DNA of 64,000 bases, taken from Eledone cirrhosa. Taxonomy: Eukaryota. Position 1 is the first letter of the stretch. Each line of letters begins with the position of its first letter. The stretch is taken from assembly GCA_964016885.1 (NCBI GenBank), contig OZ024743.1, forward strand, positions 51,770,001 through 51,834,000. Direction: 5' to 3'. The translations under genes and the position numbers were made by a program. Below the pieces are notes generated by a model. It saw nothing but the letters and a program-made list of their open reading frames with translations. It was not told the origin of the DNA and searched no databases. This document shows, piece after piece, positions 47,707 to 59,900 of this stretch.

Positions 47707-49743
47707 AGTCTGATTGTGTGAAGAAAATTCTAAATTTTCATCTTAAATATGAAATAAATGGAACCAGTCTAGTGTAAGGAAAATTTTTATCAACTTTGTT
47801 GGAATGATAACATATTGTTTATTTCTACTTTTATATTTTTATTGAATATAGATCCTTCTTTGACCATTTAATAGTCTGTGGATTAACAGAGTTGTTAGGG
47901 ACATCGGGTTAATATCTTGGTAGTTGTTCCGGCTCACTGCACACCTAGTTCAAATCCTGCTGAAGTCAACTTTATCTTTCATCCTTTTGGAGTAAATAAA
48001 GTATCAATCCTTGGGATAGTGGATTAGTGGAATTGCTAAAGAGTTAGACCTGAGACTTTGCATAGGGAAAGGCTTCCCAAACTTTTTCAAATGCAGAACC
48101 CTTTTTGGTTTAGAAACTTTTGGGGAAACTCCAAAGTCTAACACTGTTATATGGCTGTAATATAAATATACTCATTTACCTCTTTTCACTGAACCCCTGA
48201 CACTCCTTTGCGAAATCCTTGGAACCACTGGCATTTCATAGAGTTTCAATCCATTTCCTCCTGTCAGGAGTTGTGACTTTTTTTTTAACATTTTAAAAAC
48301 TTATCTTACAATAGCAATAACCTTCGCTTTTCAAAGTTATCTTTTGATAACAAATTGCCTAAAACCTAAAACCATGCCTGGTTGATACATGTCTGTTTAT
48401 TTTAAAGTATTTATATTTGTCTAAAAATCTTGTTATAATTTATGTAAGAACATTTATTGAGTTATGCTCTGAACACCAGCTCAAATAATGAGAAATGTAG
48501 TTATATTACTAAATTTTTCCAAATTCTTGATTATTTTCAGAATGATTTGAAAATTGTAATTAGTGTCTTTCATTAGAAATATGGTAATGAAGAGGTTAAT
48601 TGTGATTTATAACCCACATGCTAACCTTCACCAAATTAGGGTAGTTCTTAATGAATATAAAATCAATCAATTAGCTCCACATACAGTTGATTACTAATAT
48701 ATTCTAATATACTGAAAGATCCTGTATGTTTTCCAAATCACATGCTTCTGCCATAAAATAGTCATAAATACACACTGTCTGAAAATATAACAGTATAATA
48801 TTGGTCTGAATGCCTTTGGTCATAGATCTACATAATCTGGGGTCAATAACATAAAGTGAAGGCACGTGACTTATTAGGGGTTAGAGAGTTGGAGTTCAAT
48901 TCTCAGACTGGGTGATGCATTGTGTCCTTGAGCAGGACACTTTATTTCAAGTTGCTCCTTCTACTAGGAGTTGCAATCGGTAAATAGTTCCAGCAATGGA
49001 AAGGTCAATGAAAACATTGTTTCCTTGGTCCAATTTGACAAGGTTCACCCCACTTGGCGCAAGCAAATGAGGTTTGGGACCTTGTCGATCGATCAGAGCG
49101 AATATAAAGTACCAATCAAATATTGGGGCTGGTATAATTGATGTTGCACCCCTCCCTAAAAGGAGATTGTTGGCCTTGTCCTAAATTAGCAACTTTATAT
49201 ATTCTTGTAGGCAGTGAATTTTCAGAGTTGTTAGAACGTTGGATAGAATACATTTTAGTATTTGTTCCAGAGTTTAAATCCCCCTGAGGTCAGCTTTGCT
49301 TTTCTTCCCTTTGAGGTAGATAAAAAAAGTACCAGTTTAGTACTGGGGTCAGTTCTTCCTCTATATCTCTTTCTCATTTTTTCTCTCACTCTCAATTCTT
49401 CTTGAAGAAATCTGCTGTCTTCAAACCTGGAAAGGGATGGATTCCACCAGGCTTAAAAAATGAAAGTATTTAAATAATTTAAATCATAAACTGGAAGAGA
49501 AACAATGTGAAAAAAGTGAAGGGAAGAAAACTATACACTTTTCAGTGGGCAATACTTCTCTGTTGCACTCCACAGACATGATAATGAAATCATTGCCATG
49601 GATGTAAAATTGTGGTGATGATGATTATGATAAACATTAGTTTATTGCACATTTATATTCAATGAGATGTTTAACCAGACTATGCTTATTTTTTTTCTTC
49701 TGTTATTTAAGTTTAATATATTTATAAGCTGAGATTGTTTGTA

Positions 49744-49781
<38 letters not shown>

Positions 49782-49786
49782 ACACA

Positions 49787-50182
49787 TCATCACCATCATC
49801 ATCATCATTTTACATCCGCTTTTCCTTGCTTGCAAAGGTGAGATGGGTCTTATTAAGCACAGGATCTCTCCATTCGTCACAGTCCCTTGTCGTCTCCTCT
49901 GTGAGCTTCAGTGATCTGAGATCTGCTCTCACCACCTCTACCCATGTTTTTGTGGTCTTCCTCGACTGCGTCTTCCTTCTACTGGGATTTCCTGGCACTT
50001 CTTTACCTAGCAGTCATCCCCCATGCACATCACATGTCTATACTAATGCAGTCTTCTCTCCCGCACACTACCGCCTATCCCTCTTATACACAGTTTCTCT
50101 CTCAACTCGTCTATGCTTGGTCATTCACGCACATTGACATTGCACATCCAACGGAGCATGCTTGTTTCATTTCTCTCCAGCC
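49787..50182 (-). mobile_element. RTE LINE 3' fragment
   Basis: Homologous to 27155-27550. Confidence 0.8.
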
Positions 50183-51378
50183 GTATATATATATAATGTA
50201 AAATAATATACATAAACAGTCACTAAATGGATCAGACAAAGATTTTCAGATAAGATCATCCACCATATGTTGCTAGAATTCTTTCTTTACTTTCTTCACT
50301 ATCAATAAATTATTCTCTATCATTTCCAAATACAATAACTCCTCTTACATATGACACTACCTTACACTCTTCCTTTACTGACTTTATCTAGTAACCATAA
50401 CACCTCCAACTAGACTTGCATCATAATAAATTCCTACTAGATTTACATATCATTCAATGATGGCCTTCAAAGAATCTCAGTATTCAATGAGCCAACATTG
50501 AAGGGAACTTTTTGGGGCCAGATTAAAACAATTTTTTTTTTTTTTTGATTGACAAATACATTTAATTTGAATAAAATAATGCTTCTCTTCCCTTGATCCC
50601 TTAAGAACATGCTTATTTTGTTTAATGGTTAATCCAACCATGCATCTGCTTGACCTGCTACAAACGGTAAAATCTCCATTTTATCTTAAGAAAGAAGTGA
50701 GTGTGTTAGATAGTGTACTTCTAAAAAGACTAGGGTCTGCAGAATCAGGTTTGACTTGGAGTTCCACATCACGATTGAACATATGATGTTCAATCTACTG
50801 TCTTATAATGCCATTGTTTTTGATGGCATTGTTGTTACATCTTTCAATCTGTTGATAAATTTCTCCTTTCTTTTTGTATCAGAATTTTGTTGTTTCTCAG
50901 AAGTATGGACATAGAAGTTACTATGTCCTCCCTACTATTACTTTGATATATATGTATATATCAAAGTAATACAATGGAGGACATACTATTACTTTGATAT
51001 GTATATATCAATCAATATTTATTATTTCAAATGAAATAATAGAATATAGAGAAACATGTGCACATATATAAACCATATTAAAATAATGTCATAATGTCAC
51101 AAGAGCGATAAAATAAAAGCTGCCCAAGTGTTTCTATTATTGGATTTTTGCTGAATTGCAGTGACTTTTGCATTCAGTTCTTTTGTGACCATTCTTTGGA
51201 ATGTGGTCTTCGGTCTTTGTCTCTTGCGACGACCTCCTGGTAGTTGATGTAGCAGAAGACACTCAACATGGCAGTTACTAATTGGATGCAGGATTGGATG
51301 ACCAATCCATGTTAATTGCCAGTTTCAAAACTGAGCATAGAGATGTGATTGCTTTGTGCGTGTGAATATATATATATA

Positions 51379-52816
51379 CTAGCAGTTTAGCCCGGTGTTG
51401 CTCGGGCTTGTTCATTTGCTATGAAAAGTTACATACAGGTAAACGTGGCTTGAAAGCGAATAAGCTTATCAATTAAGTGCATAAAACAGTTGAACCGGTT
51501 ATTAAAAGTTACGAACCAATTAGCATTTTGGACAATCAATGATGGGTTAATAATCTTCCAATAGCGAATTTAGCAGACCAAAGTTGCAAGATGGTGGCCC
51601 TGATGCCGCTGGGTGTCAGATCTGTCCACCATGGGTGACCCTACCAGGAAATAATTTTCCAGACAGCATAGCTCCAACACCTCCAACACCTCCAACATCT
51701 ATAGCACCTCTTTGTAGACGATATTGCGTGTCATCCCTTGAGGAGTGTAAGCAAAAAGTCCATTCCTGCTCCCTATGCGGGAACAGGCAATAAAGTTGGC
51801 CATGGGAGAAGCATGGCTCCCTCAAATGGATGCCCGCCACCGACAATGTTTGCCCTTGTGATTTGTTAATGGACATGGCAAAACATGGTCTCACCGGGAA
51901 TTGGGATATCTGACGCCGAGGTGAAAAGATTCATCCTTGGCAGTGAATTCGGCAGAATTGCCAGAAGTACAACACTATGGTGTTGTCATATTAATATTTA
52001 GCCAATGAAAGTCGTAAAAAATAAATAATTTAAACATTCCGATTCATATGTCTATAGCATTAATCTGTTATATGAAGTGTTATTTTGCGGGTTGTTATTT
52101 GCAATAAGCCGATTTAAAATACCCCAGAAAAGCCGTATGTCAATACGGAACTCGAATGACTCCCCCAACAGTTAAATTATAGAGAGGGGGAATAATCTAT
52201 TATAGAGAGAGGGAAGAGCAATGGAGAGTAAAGCTAAGAAACTATAGGGAGGTGTGTAAAACAGTGTTGTCATATAGAGAGTGAAGAGCGACTGAGAGAG
52301 TAAAGCAGTTAAATTATAGAGAGGGGGAATAATCTATTATAGAGAGAGGGAAGAGCGACGGAGAGAGTAAAGCTAAGAAACTATAGGGAAGTGTGTTAAA
52401 CCTCAAAGCATGAAAAGAGTAAAGCAGTTAAATTATAGAGAGGGGGAATGATCTATTATAGAGAGAGGGAAGAGCGACGGAGAGAGCATTATGACTATGT
52501 TTGTTGTTGTATAAAATGATGTGTTGCTTAGTTTTCAAAGTTTATGTTGCGTTCCTGAACGAAGTTTTGTCGCTGTTGGGTAGTAGAGAGAGAGTGAATA
52601 AGCGTGTAAGAGAGAGGGTTACAGCATGTATTTAGTTTTATCGATTTTTTTTCATAGAAGCAGGAAATGTTTGGCAAAGTTTATAACGCGTTGACCATCA
52701 TTGGTAAATTTGGAGCACATTGGAAAAAAATCATCAAAATCGGTAGAGAAATGTGGAAATGCATAAAAATCATACATACACAGAGACAGACATCTTCTGT
52801 TTTATATATATAGAGA
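51379..52816 (-). mobile_element. Non-autonomous Helitron with PIF1 remnant
   Basis: A|CTAG at 51378-51382, hairpin AGCCCG-GTGTTGCT-CGGGCT, GA|T at 52815-52817. Remnant [38 protein letters not shown] (~51700-51905, minus). Internal ~120-135-bp repeats at 52170-52490. Confidence 0.88.
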
Positions 52817-52824
52817 TATAAGAT

Positions 52825-53265
52825 AATGTCACTGGACGGAGATCTTTGGCGCCATGCAGTAATACAGAAGACCCGCCTTGTCTATGTATAAAGCAAAACC
52901 TATAGTCAGTAGGCACCTCCTAACCAAATATACACCCTATTCCATTACCCTTTCTCTGTGAAGTTATGTTGATACCACAACATCCAGTCCAAACTAATGA
53001 GGTTGTGTAGGTGTCACGACAAAAAAAACACATAGTCCACGCTGTAATGTGGCCGTGTAGGTAACATGGTAAAAAGCTCCCAGTCCACACTGTAAATGTG
53101 GTTGGTGTTAGGAAGGGCATCCAGCTGTAGAAAACCTGGCAGATAGTCCTATATGTGCAAGACACGGTCACCCGACCAATCTTGCATCAACTAAGACAAT
53201 TCCCGTCTAACCCATGCTAACATGGAAGATAGATGTTAAACGATGATGATGATGATGATGATGAT
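52825..53265 (+). mobile_element. RTE 3' end fragment
   Basis: Homologous to 21430-21887. Confidence 0.8.
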
Positions 53266-54085
53266 ATACGCACACACATGTCTAAATGCCCTGTTCCTCT
53301 TCCTCTTGCCTGCTCTTTCGCAACACCCACCTCCCATCCACTCACACACTAACACATGTGCACTAACCACTTCACCAACTCAACCATAGATGCACATTTA
53401 ATATTCTAACGCTACTAATTAATTAACTAACCATACTATCACTTTTAACTATACTACATGGCCAACTTAAACATTAACATTACACTCCTTTACTCCCAGT
53501 ACACACACACTACCACCACAAATATTCACAACAGCTTACCTTCAAAGTGACATTTGTAACTACCCTCTTTCTGTGTCACTACACCTTCCCTTCACCCCAT
53601 ACTACCTCCGTTCTTAATGCGCTACACACAGCCAACCAACTCACCACACCTCATCTGGCCACTCCTGAAATAGCCCAGTTTTGACCACTACACATCATTC
53701 CTTTCTGTGTGCTTCAATTCCAGCTCTGGATTATGCCACAGACAGATATAGACAGTTGTACAAGCTTATGCACACATATGCATAAACACACTCACATACA
53801 CAATCACATAAATGTGTACACACATGTACACCTAAAAGTACATAAAGAATTCAGACACACACGTATATACATACACACACATATATATATACACACATGT
53901 ATATACAAAAAATACGTCAAAAATTCAGACACATGCAGATATACACACATGCATACTTCCATCAATGATACACAAATCATACACACACACACAAGAAGTA
54001 GTGCACACACATTAAATACACTCCATCTGCATACAGATAAAGAGCACCCACAACACACCTGGATCCTCCACTTCAACCATTTTAA

Positions 54086-54305
54086 GCCTTTAGCATTCAA
54101 ACTGGCTGTATCCGGCCAGAATTCTCTCACCACTTTCTGTTCAAACTTACTGTAAATGGCTACTCATACTTATGTTAAGGTATTCTTCTCAAAATAAATA
54201 TCATCAAAATCTCATAGATTGATATTATGTGAGATAATTATGTTAAATAAAGTGTTTACCATGAAAATATAATAGTATATATAGAGTAATGTAAATGCTA
54301 AAGGG
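54086..54305 (-). mobile_element. piggyBac-type MITE family 1, single unit
   Basis: TTAA|GCCTTTAGCATT...AATGCTAAAGGG|TTAA. Confidence 0.82.
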
Positions 54306-54363
54306 TTAAATTATTGTTTCCCAACTGTCCAAACTTTTCTCTCTCTCGCTTTGAACTTAACTA

Positions 54364-54399
54364 TTTCCTGATGAAGGACTTATGCCCAAAACGTTGAAA
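54364..54399 (+). ncRNA. Degenerate minimal hammerhead motif
   Basis: TTTC-CTGATGA-A-GGAC-TTAT-GCCC-AAAACGT-T-GAAA; G12 is changed to A. Confidence 0.45.
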
Positions 54400-54506
54400 C
54401 CCCCATTTACTTCTCCCCAAGTAGACTTTGTGTTTTTGCATCTTTGTGTTTGTCTTGTATGTTCTTGACCCGCACGTCCCTTCAATCTATCTTATTTCTC
54501 ATTCTT

Positions 54507-54542
54507 TCTTCTGATGAAGGATTAGCGTCGGAAACGTTAAGA
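54507..54542 (+). ncRNA. Minimal hammerhead motif (Penelope-type)
   Basis: TCTT-CTGATGA-A-GGAT-TAGC-GTCG-GAAACGT-T-AAGA; stem I TCTT/AAGA and palindromic ACGT stem III. Confidence 0.6.
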
Positions 54543-54608
54543 CCCTCTTCCTGTTATTTCAAGCATTAACCTAATATATTCCTTCCATATACTGTACCGA
54601 TTGTGTTG

Positions 54609-54650
<42 letters not shown>

Positions 54651-54653
<3 letters not shown>

Positions 54654-55028
54654 TGCTCCGCTGGATGTGTAACAGTAATATACGTGAACGGCAAAGCATA
54701 AACGAACTAAGGAAAAAATTAGAAATAAGAGGGATCAGATGTTGTTTACTCGAGAGAAGGCTACGTTGGTATGGTCATGTGATGCGCATGAAAGTCGATA
54801 GCTGTATAACAAAGTGCAGGGCAATAAAGATAGACGGTAGCCACGGAATAGGCAGACCTAGAAAAACCTGGGACGAGCTGATAAACTCCGACCTCACACA
54901 CTTACACCTCTCCAAGACAATGTCACTGGACCGAGACCTTTGGCGGTACTCAGTAACAGAGAAGACCCGCCTTACCTAAATACATAGTAAAACCTACTAC
55001 AGCCAGTAGGCATCTCTAACAAAATACC
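54651..55028 (+). mobile_element. 5'-truncated copy of the young RTE family after (TA)n
   Basis: Nearly identical to 21163-21540. Confidence 0.92.
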
Positions 55029-55029
55029 C

Positions 55030-56280
55030 CCAATACCATATAAGTTGAGAATAGAAGATACTAAATAAATAAAAAAATTATAAAATTATAGAATTGGGTA
55101 GTAAAAAGTAATACAAAATCTATAGAGTCTAAAACAGCTGCTATAATTAGTTGGTATTGCGTTTTCGGCCAATGCTATATATAATTTACTGGGGTGGAGG
55201 TACTGAGGCTACAAAAGCCCGATGGGCTGCCTCGTGGTAGGCGAAAGGGGGAAAAAAGAAAAGGAAGAGGATAGGGAGTGGAAGGAAGTGAAAGGAAGAG
55301 ATAGAGAGAAGAAGGAAAAGAAAAGAGGTACATCTACCTATGTTAGCTGGGGTTTCCCCTATCTTGTTCGGCAAGTGGGGAAAAGGAGGATGTTGCAGCC
55401 ATTGTCTACCCACCCGGGTCATTAGGGGGTTTGAGGGCAAGGTAAGTCCTATGCAATCGGTGTTTGCATGCAGTTACAAGTTCGTCTTTTTTGTTTAGGA
55501 GTTGGTCCTTCGTAAACAGCATTTGAAATGTTTTCTCCAAGCATAAGTTACACGGATGGCACCCTCCTGTGTAGCAGTTAGCTCTGGACAGTAAGCTCCA
55601 AGTAAGATTGTATGTTATGTTATTATCTTGGAGGTCCCAGATGTGGCCCAAAAGTGGGGTGGCATGTCGCCGGGCCGGGTTTCGGAACGTATGTCGGTGT
55701 TGGTAGAGCCGGGTCTTAAAGTCACAAGCGGTTAATCCTATATAAGCTTTGTTGGAGGTGTCCGTCCTCACGTTGCATTGGTAAATCACGTTACGTTCTC
55801 GGCATCTGTTATTGAGGCGGCACGTAGATCTATCAGGGCAGTTACACCTCCTGGTGTAATATCTAAGTTGTTTCTTCCATAGGGGTTGAGTTTCTTGTTG
55901 TTAGAGGAGGCGATGTTTTGTGCGAAGTTGGGTGTGGTGCTGTAGGAGAGTTTGATAGTGTTTTTGTTGATTATGTTGTGGTAGCGGTGTTGTGGTGTCG
56001 AGGAGCCTAAAGAAGATTTTCCTGATAGGTGTTGCCACCTCGGCATTGTGGGGAGGGTTGAACCACGTTACGTGGCGTGAGCGGCGGCGTCGCCTGCTGG
56101 TTCCGCTAAGGGAAGCTGGATAAAAGGAGATTTCCTCCCGGAAGCCGCTTCGCTTGAGGGCCTGATTCTAATGAGGCGCATGTTCATCGAATATCTGCTC
56201 ATTAGCGGACAAACAAGATATGCAGAGGGAGATGTTTTTAACCAGGTTATTGATGATGTTTCTAGGATGGTTAAAGAGAG
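55030..56280 (-). mobile_element. Penelope-like retroelement 3' part (RT thumb, linker, GIY-YIG endonuclease), Hydra-clade-like
   Basis: SNHP, VTWFNPP, NKNTIKLSYS, CNCPDRSTC (CxCx5C), VIYQC..AYIGLT..FKTRLYQH, CNLC; frameshifted. Confidence 0.85.
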
Positions 56281-56743
56281 AGAGAGTTATACTTTCGAAA
56301 TGAAAACTAAAAACAAATGAAACTTCTATGTGCATATGCTTTGTATCTGTACATGTGTATATGCAGTTATTAGATGCAGAAATTTTGGAATGTTTTACAT
56401 ATTTTTTACTGTTCCATTAATGGATTGTACCTGTAATTTCCTAAATTTATGTGTGATTCTGTGTATATGTATATATATGTGTATGTGTGTGTCTCCATGT
56501 ATGTGTTTACGTTTGCTGTGTCTGTAACTTAGCACTTCAACAACAAAAAAGGGAAATAGAGAAAGTATGAAACATAAAAAAATAAAAACTAAGTTCTGGT
56601 GTTGATACAATCTTCTATTAAAATTACTTCAAGATAGCTACAGCATGGCCGCAATCTAATGATAGCAGTGCCACAGCATGGCCGCAATCTAATGACTGAA
56701 ACCAGTAAAAAATCAAAAGAAACTCAAATGGCCCACTGCTTAC

Positions 56744-56933
56744 CTGATATACAAGTGTGGTTACCTCTAAACTCCATGAGGTATTTACGTTGCTTCTGGT
56801 ACATCTGTTTTTCGAGTGGGTACTCTAGCGCACTCCAAACAACCCCACCCAGCATCCAGTATATGAAGAGGAACGTGATGAGACCCCATAACCTGTGGTT
56901 GGAGCTCGTCCTTGGTAGTAAGGAGGTATACAT
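56744..56933 (-). CDS. KCNK1-like: K2P channel coding exon 1: N-terminus, M1, cap helix 1 with cap cysteine
   Basis: First ATG at 56933 (the ORF track starts at a GTG; an in-frame TGA lies just upstream). MYTSLLPRTSSNHRLWGLITFLFIYWMLGGVVWSALEYPLE...NHTCIS. Donor TCA G|gtaagc, phase 1 matching exon 2 (G|AA = Glu). Confidence 0.9.
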
Positions 56934-57179
56934 CGGAACGATAGCCGAGGCCCGAGACACGGGACAATATCAGGTCGTTGGTGTATGTTGGTGGAGTGGG
57001 GTGGCAATATTACAGAAAGGGGACGAAGAATATAGAGAGAGAAAGAAAGAAAGAATTGAAGTAGCATGTACACAGGCACTGGGAACAGACACGAGGAGCA
57101 GAAGAGAATCTCACGAACAGAACGATTATACAGAAAGTTGAACTAAGAGTAAATTGTAAAACTTAATAATAGGATAGGG

Positions 57180-57518
57180 CTGAGAGAGAGAGAGGGGGGG
57201 GGGGGCAAGAATGGGGGAAAGGAAAGCATATATATATGCGTATGTGTGTGTGTATGTGAGTGAGTAAGTGTGTGTGTGTCGTGTGTGTGTGCGAGTGTGT
57301 GTGTGTGTATGTGTGTGTGAAAGAAACAGTGAGAGGGAGAGGATGAAAGTAAAAAAAACACGGTGAAAAGGAAAAGGGAAAGCGATTTATAAGAGAGAGA
57401 GAGATAAAGAGATAGAGAGAGTGTGAAGGAGAGTAAAAGTGATAGGGTAATAAGAGAACGTTGATGAGCAACACCTGGAGTTGTTTCAATGTTGTGCTGT
57501 GACCGTAGATACAAACAT

Positions 57519-57560
<42 letters not shown>

Positions 57561-57810
57561 GTGCGTGCGTGTGTGTGTGTGTGTTTGCGCGCGTGTGTGT
57601 GCGTGTGTATGTGTGTGTGTTTGAGTGTGTGTGAGTGTGCGCGTGTGTGTATGTGTGAGTGTGTGCGTGTGTAAGTGTGTGCGTGCGTATGTGAGTGTAT
57701 GTGTGAGTGTGCGTATGTGAGTGTGTGTGTGTGTGTGAGTGAGTGTGTGTGTGAGTGAGTGAGTGTGTGAGTGAGTGAGTGAGTATGTGATTGTGTGTGT
57801 GCAGGTGTGA
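57180..57810. repeat. (GT)n/(GA)n microsatellite block upstream of the K2P start codon
   Basis: Directly visible. Confidence 0.9.
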
Positions 57811-58025
57811 GTGAATTAGAGAAAGGTGGTAGGAGTAGGAAAGGAGAGGCTAAAATATAGAGGGGGAAGGGTGTATAGGGAGGAGGGGAGTGTAATAAGG
57901 ATGACATACACTGTAGACATATAGATAAATATATTGATTAGATACAGGCACATACATACAAACAGAAAACACGAGAAAAAACTAAAAAATCCAATGTGGT
58001 AAACAGAGTAGGTTAAATAAATAAA

Positions 58026-59095
58026 TGGGAAGATTTTTAAAGATTCCTGGTTAACTTTGTTGGAGAACTTTCTCGACGGATGCGAGAAAGTTCTCCAAGA
58101 ATGCGAGAAAGTGCTCCAAGAAAGTTAACCAGGAATCTTTAAAATTCTTCCCACCGAAATTAACAAAGAACTTACTAGATCTACCAACTCATAATATTAT
58201 AAAATTAAATGAATTTGTTTAGAACTACAAGTGAAGTAATTCTTTTCCTCTTTTTCAAATATTTCTTACTGTGCCAAGGATCTCACACATTTTCCAATAT
58301 ATATATATATATATATATAACGAAGGAGTTGTGGTAAGGAACCAGGTGGACCATAACGCACCAGAGTACTCAATACTTAGGGTAGTAGAGTGGATAATAG
58401 GAAAATGTATGACCCCGACGGCAGAGCTCAAGCCGTTTCGACAGCTATTTCTGGACTCAGAGTCCATAAATAGCCATCGAAAAGGCTTGAACTCTGCCGT
58501 TGGGGTCATACATTTTCCTATATATATATCATCATCATCATCATCATATATAAAGGTTGTGAGTTCAATTCTCAGACCGGGTGATGTGTTGTTTCCTTGA
58601 GCAAGACACTTTATTTCACATTGCTCCAGTTTATTCAGCTGTAGAAATGAGATGATAGGGACTGGGGTCCATATCATTCCACTGCAAAGTGGTCGTGGAG
58701 GTGCCACGGCAAAAAAGCACACAGCACTCACTGTAAATGAGGTTGGTGTTAGGAAGGGCATCCAGCTGTAGAAATCAAGCCAGAATCAGTTCCCGTCCCA
58801 CCCTTGCAAGCAGGGAAAAAGCGGACGTAAAATGAAATGATGATGATGATGATGATATATATATTTATATATATTGGAAAATGAGTGAAATCCTTGGCAC
58901 AGTAAGATATATTTGAAAAAAAAAAGAAAAGAATAACTTTCCTTGTAGTTGGTATTCTATAACAATTTAATTTTATAATTTTACAAATTATAAAATTAAA
59001 TTGTTATAGATATAGATATATTTGAAAAAAGTAAAAAGAATGACTTTACTTGTAGTTGGTATTCTATAACAATTTAATTTTATAATTTGTAAATT
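58026..59095. repeat. Cluster of nested inverted and direct repeats
   Basis: Fold-backs at 58026-58153, 58397-58521 and ~58957-59009; inverted pair ~58194-58318 / ~58855-58980; direct duplication ~58905-58980 / ~59013-59088. Confidence 0.85.
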
Positions 59096-59099
59096 AGAC

Positions 59100-59900
59100 G
59101 GTGCAATCGAATGCCGGGCGGAACTGAGCGGCGGAGGGGCCCCACCGCACCAACAGAACAACACCCAGAGAATCGGGGGAGTGCTGTGGTAAACCAAGGG
59201 CCCAGTGTTGGAAATGAGCAACATAACGACCGAACTTGCAACTGCAGAGTGGGCACACAATGCCCCCTGCAGGGTAGATGCCTAACGAAGGGCCTAGTAT
59301 ATAAATGTGTGGTTAACACGCACAACACCAAGCACACTTACATCGGCGCAACATCCACGACCTTTAAATCGAGGATGTATAATCACACAAACTCTTTCAA
59401 GAACCGGAGCAAGAGACACTCCACTAGTCTGGCAGACCTAATATGGGACTTGAAAGACAACGGCACCCCGTATGATCTCAACTGGAGTATCATTCAACAT
59501 TCAAATGCATATTCGGTTGGAAACAGGAAGTGTAGGCTATGCCTATTCGAGGCCATGGAGATAGTCAGATTGAAGGATGATGCGGTCAACCTGAAATCGG
59601 AGATTATCATGACGAGCAGACACCAGAGAAGGTGCACATTCTCCGCATGGATGCAACCGGATAGCCCAAGCTAAACGCATGCAGATATTTAGTCCCATAC
59701 CATACATCAATAAGGCACTCTATATCACCCACAGTGACATGCTCCTTTAAGGCCTTGTCACACACTCCCTGCATATGTATCTTTTCAGTGGTATGTGCAT
59801 ATTCTCCACGCACTCCATTACGTAACACCCCATGTATTTTTCCATGTACAGACCAATGTATATCTTTGCATACTTTTCTTATATAATTCAGATGTATGTA
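59100..59900 (+). mobile_element. Penelope-like element GIY-YIG endonuclease end, Hydra-clade-like
   Basis: ORF 59111-59674: CNCRVGTQCPL, GLVYKC..TYIGAT..FKSRMYNH, LNWSII, CRLCLFE, NLKSE. Confidence 0.88.

Noticed and set aside
56934-56960. N-terminal extension MSRASAIVP of the channel
   Set aside because: The ORF track starts at a GTG; the first ATG is at 56933.
57143-57907. 254-aa His/Thr-rich ORF and similar HT/YI/CV-rich ORFs elsewhere
   Set aside because: These are translations of (CA)n/(TA)n microsatellites.
59111-59674. Stand-alone homing endonuclease or domesticated GIY-YIG gene
   Set aside because: Its motifs match Penelope-type endonucleases, a decayed relative with RT-thumb sequence is nearby, and the flanking repeats fit a 5'-truncated insertion.
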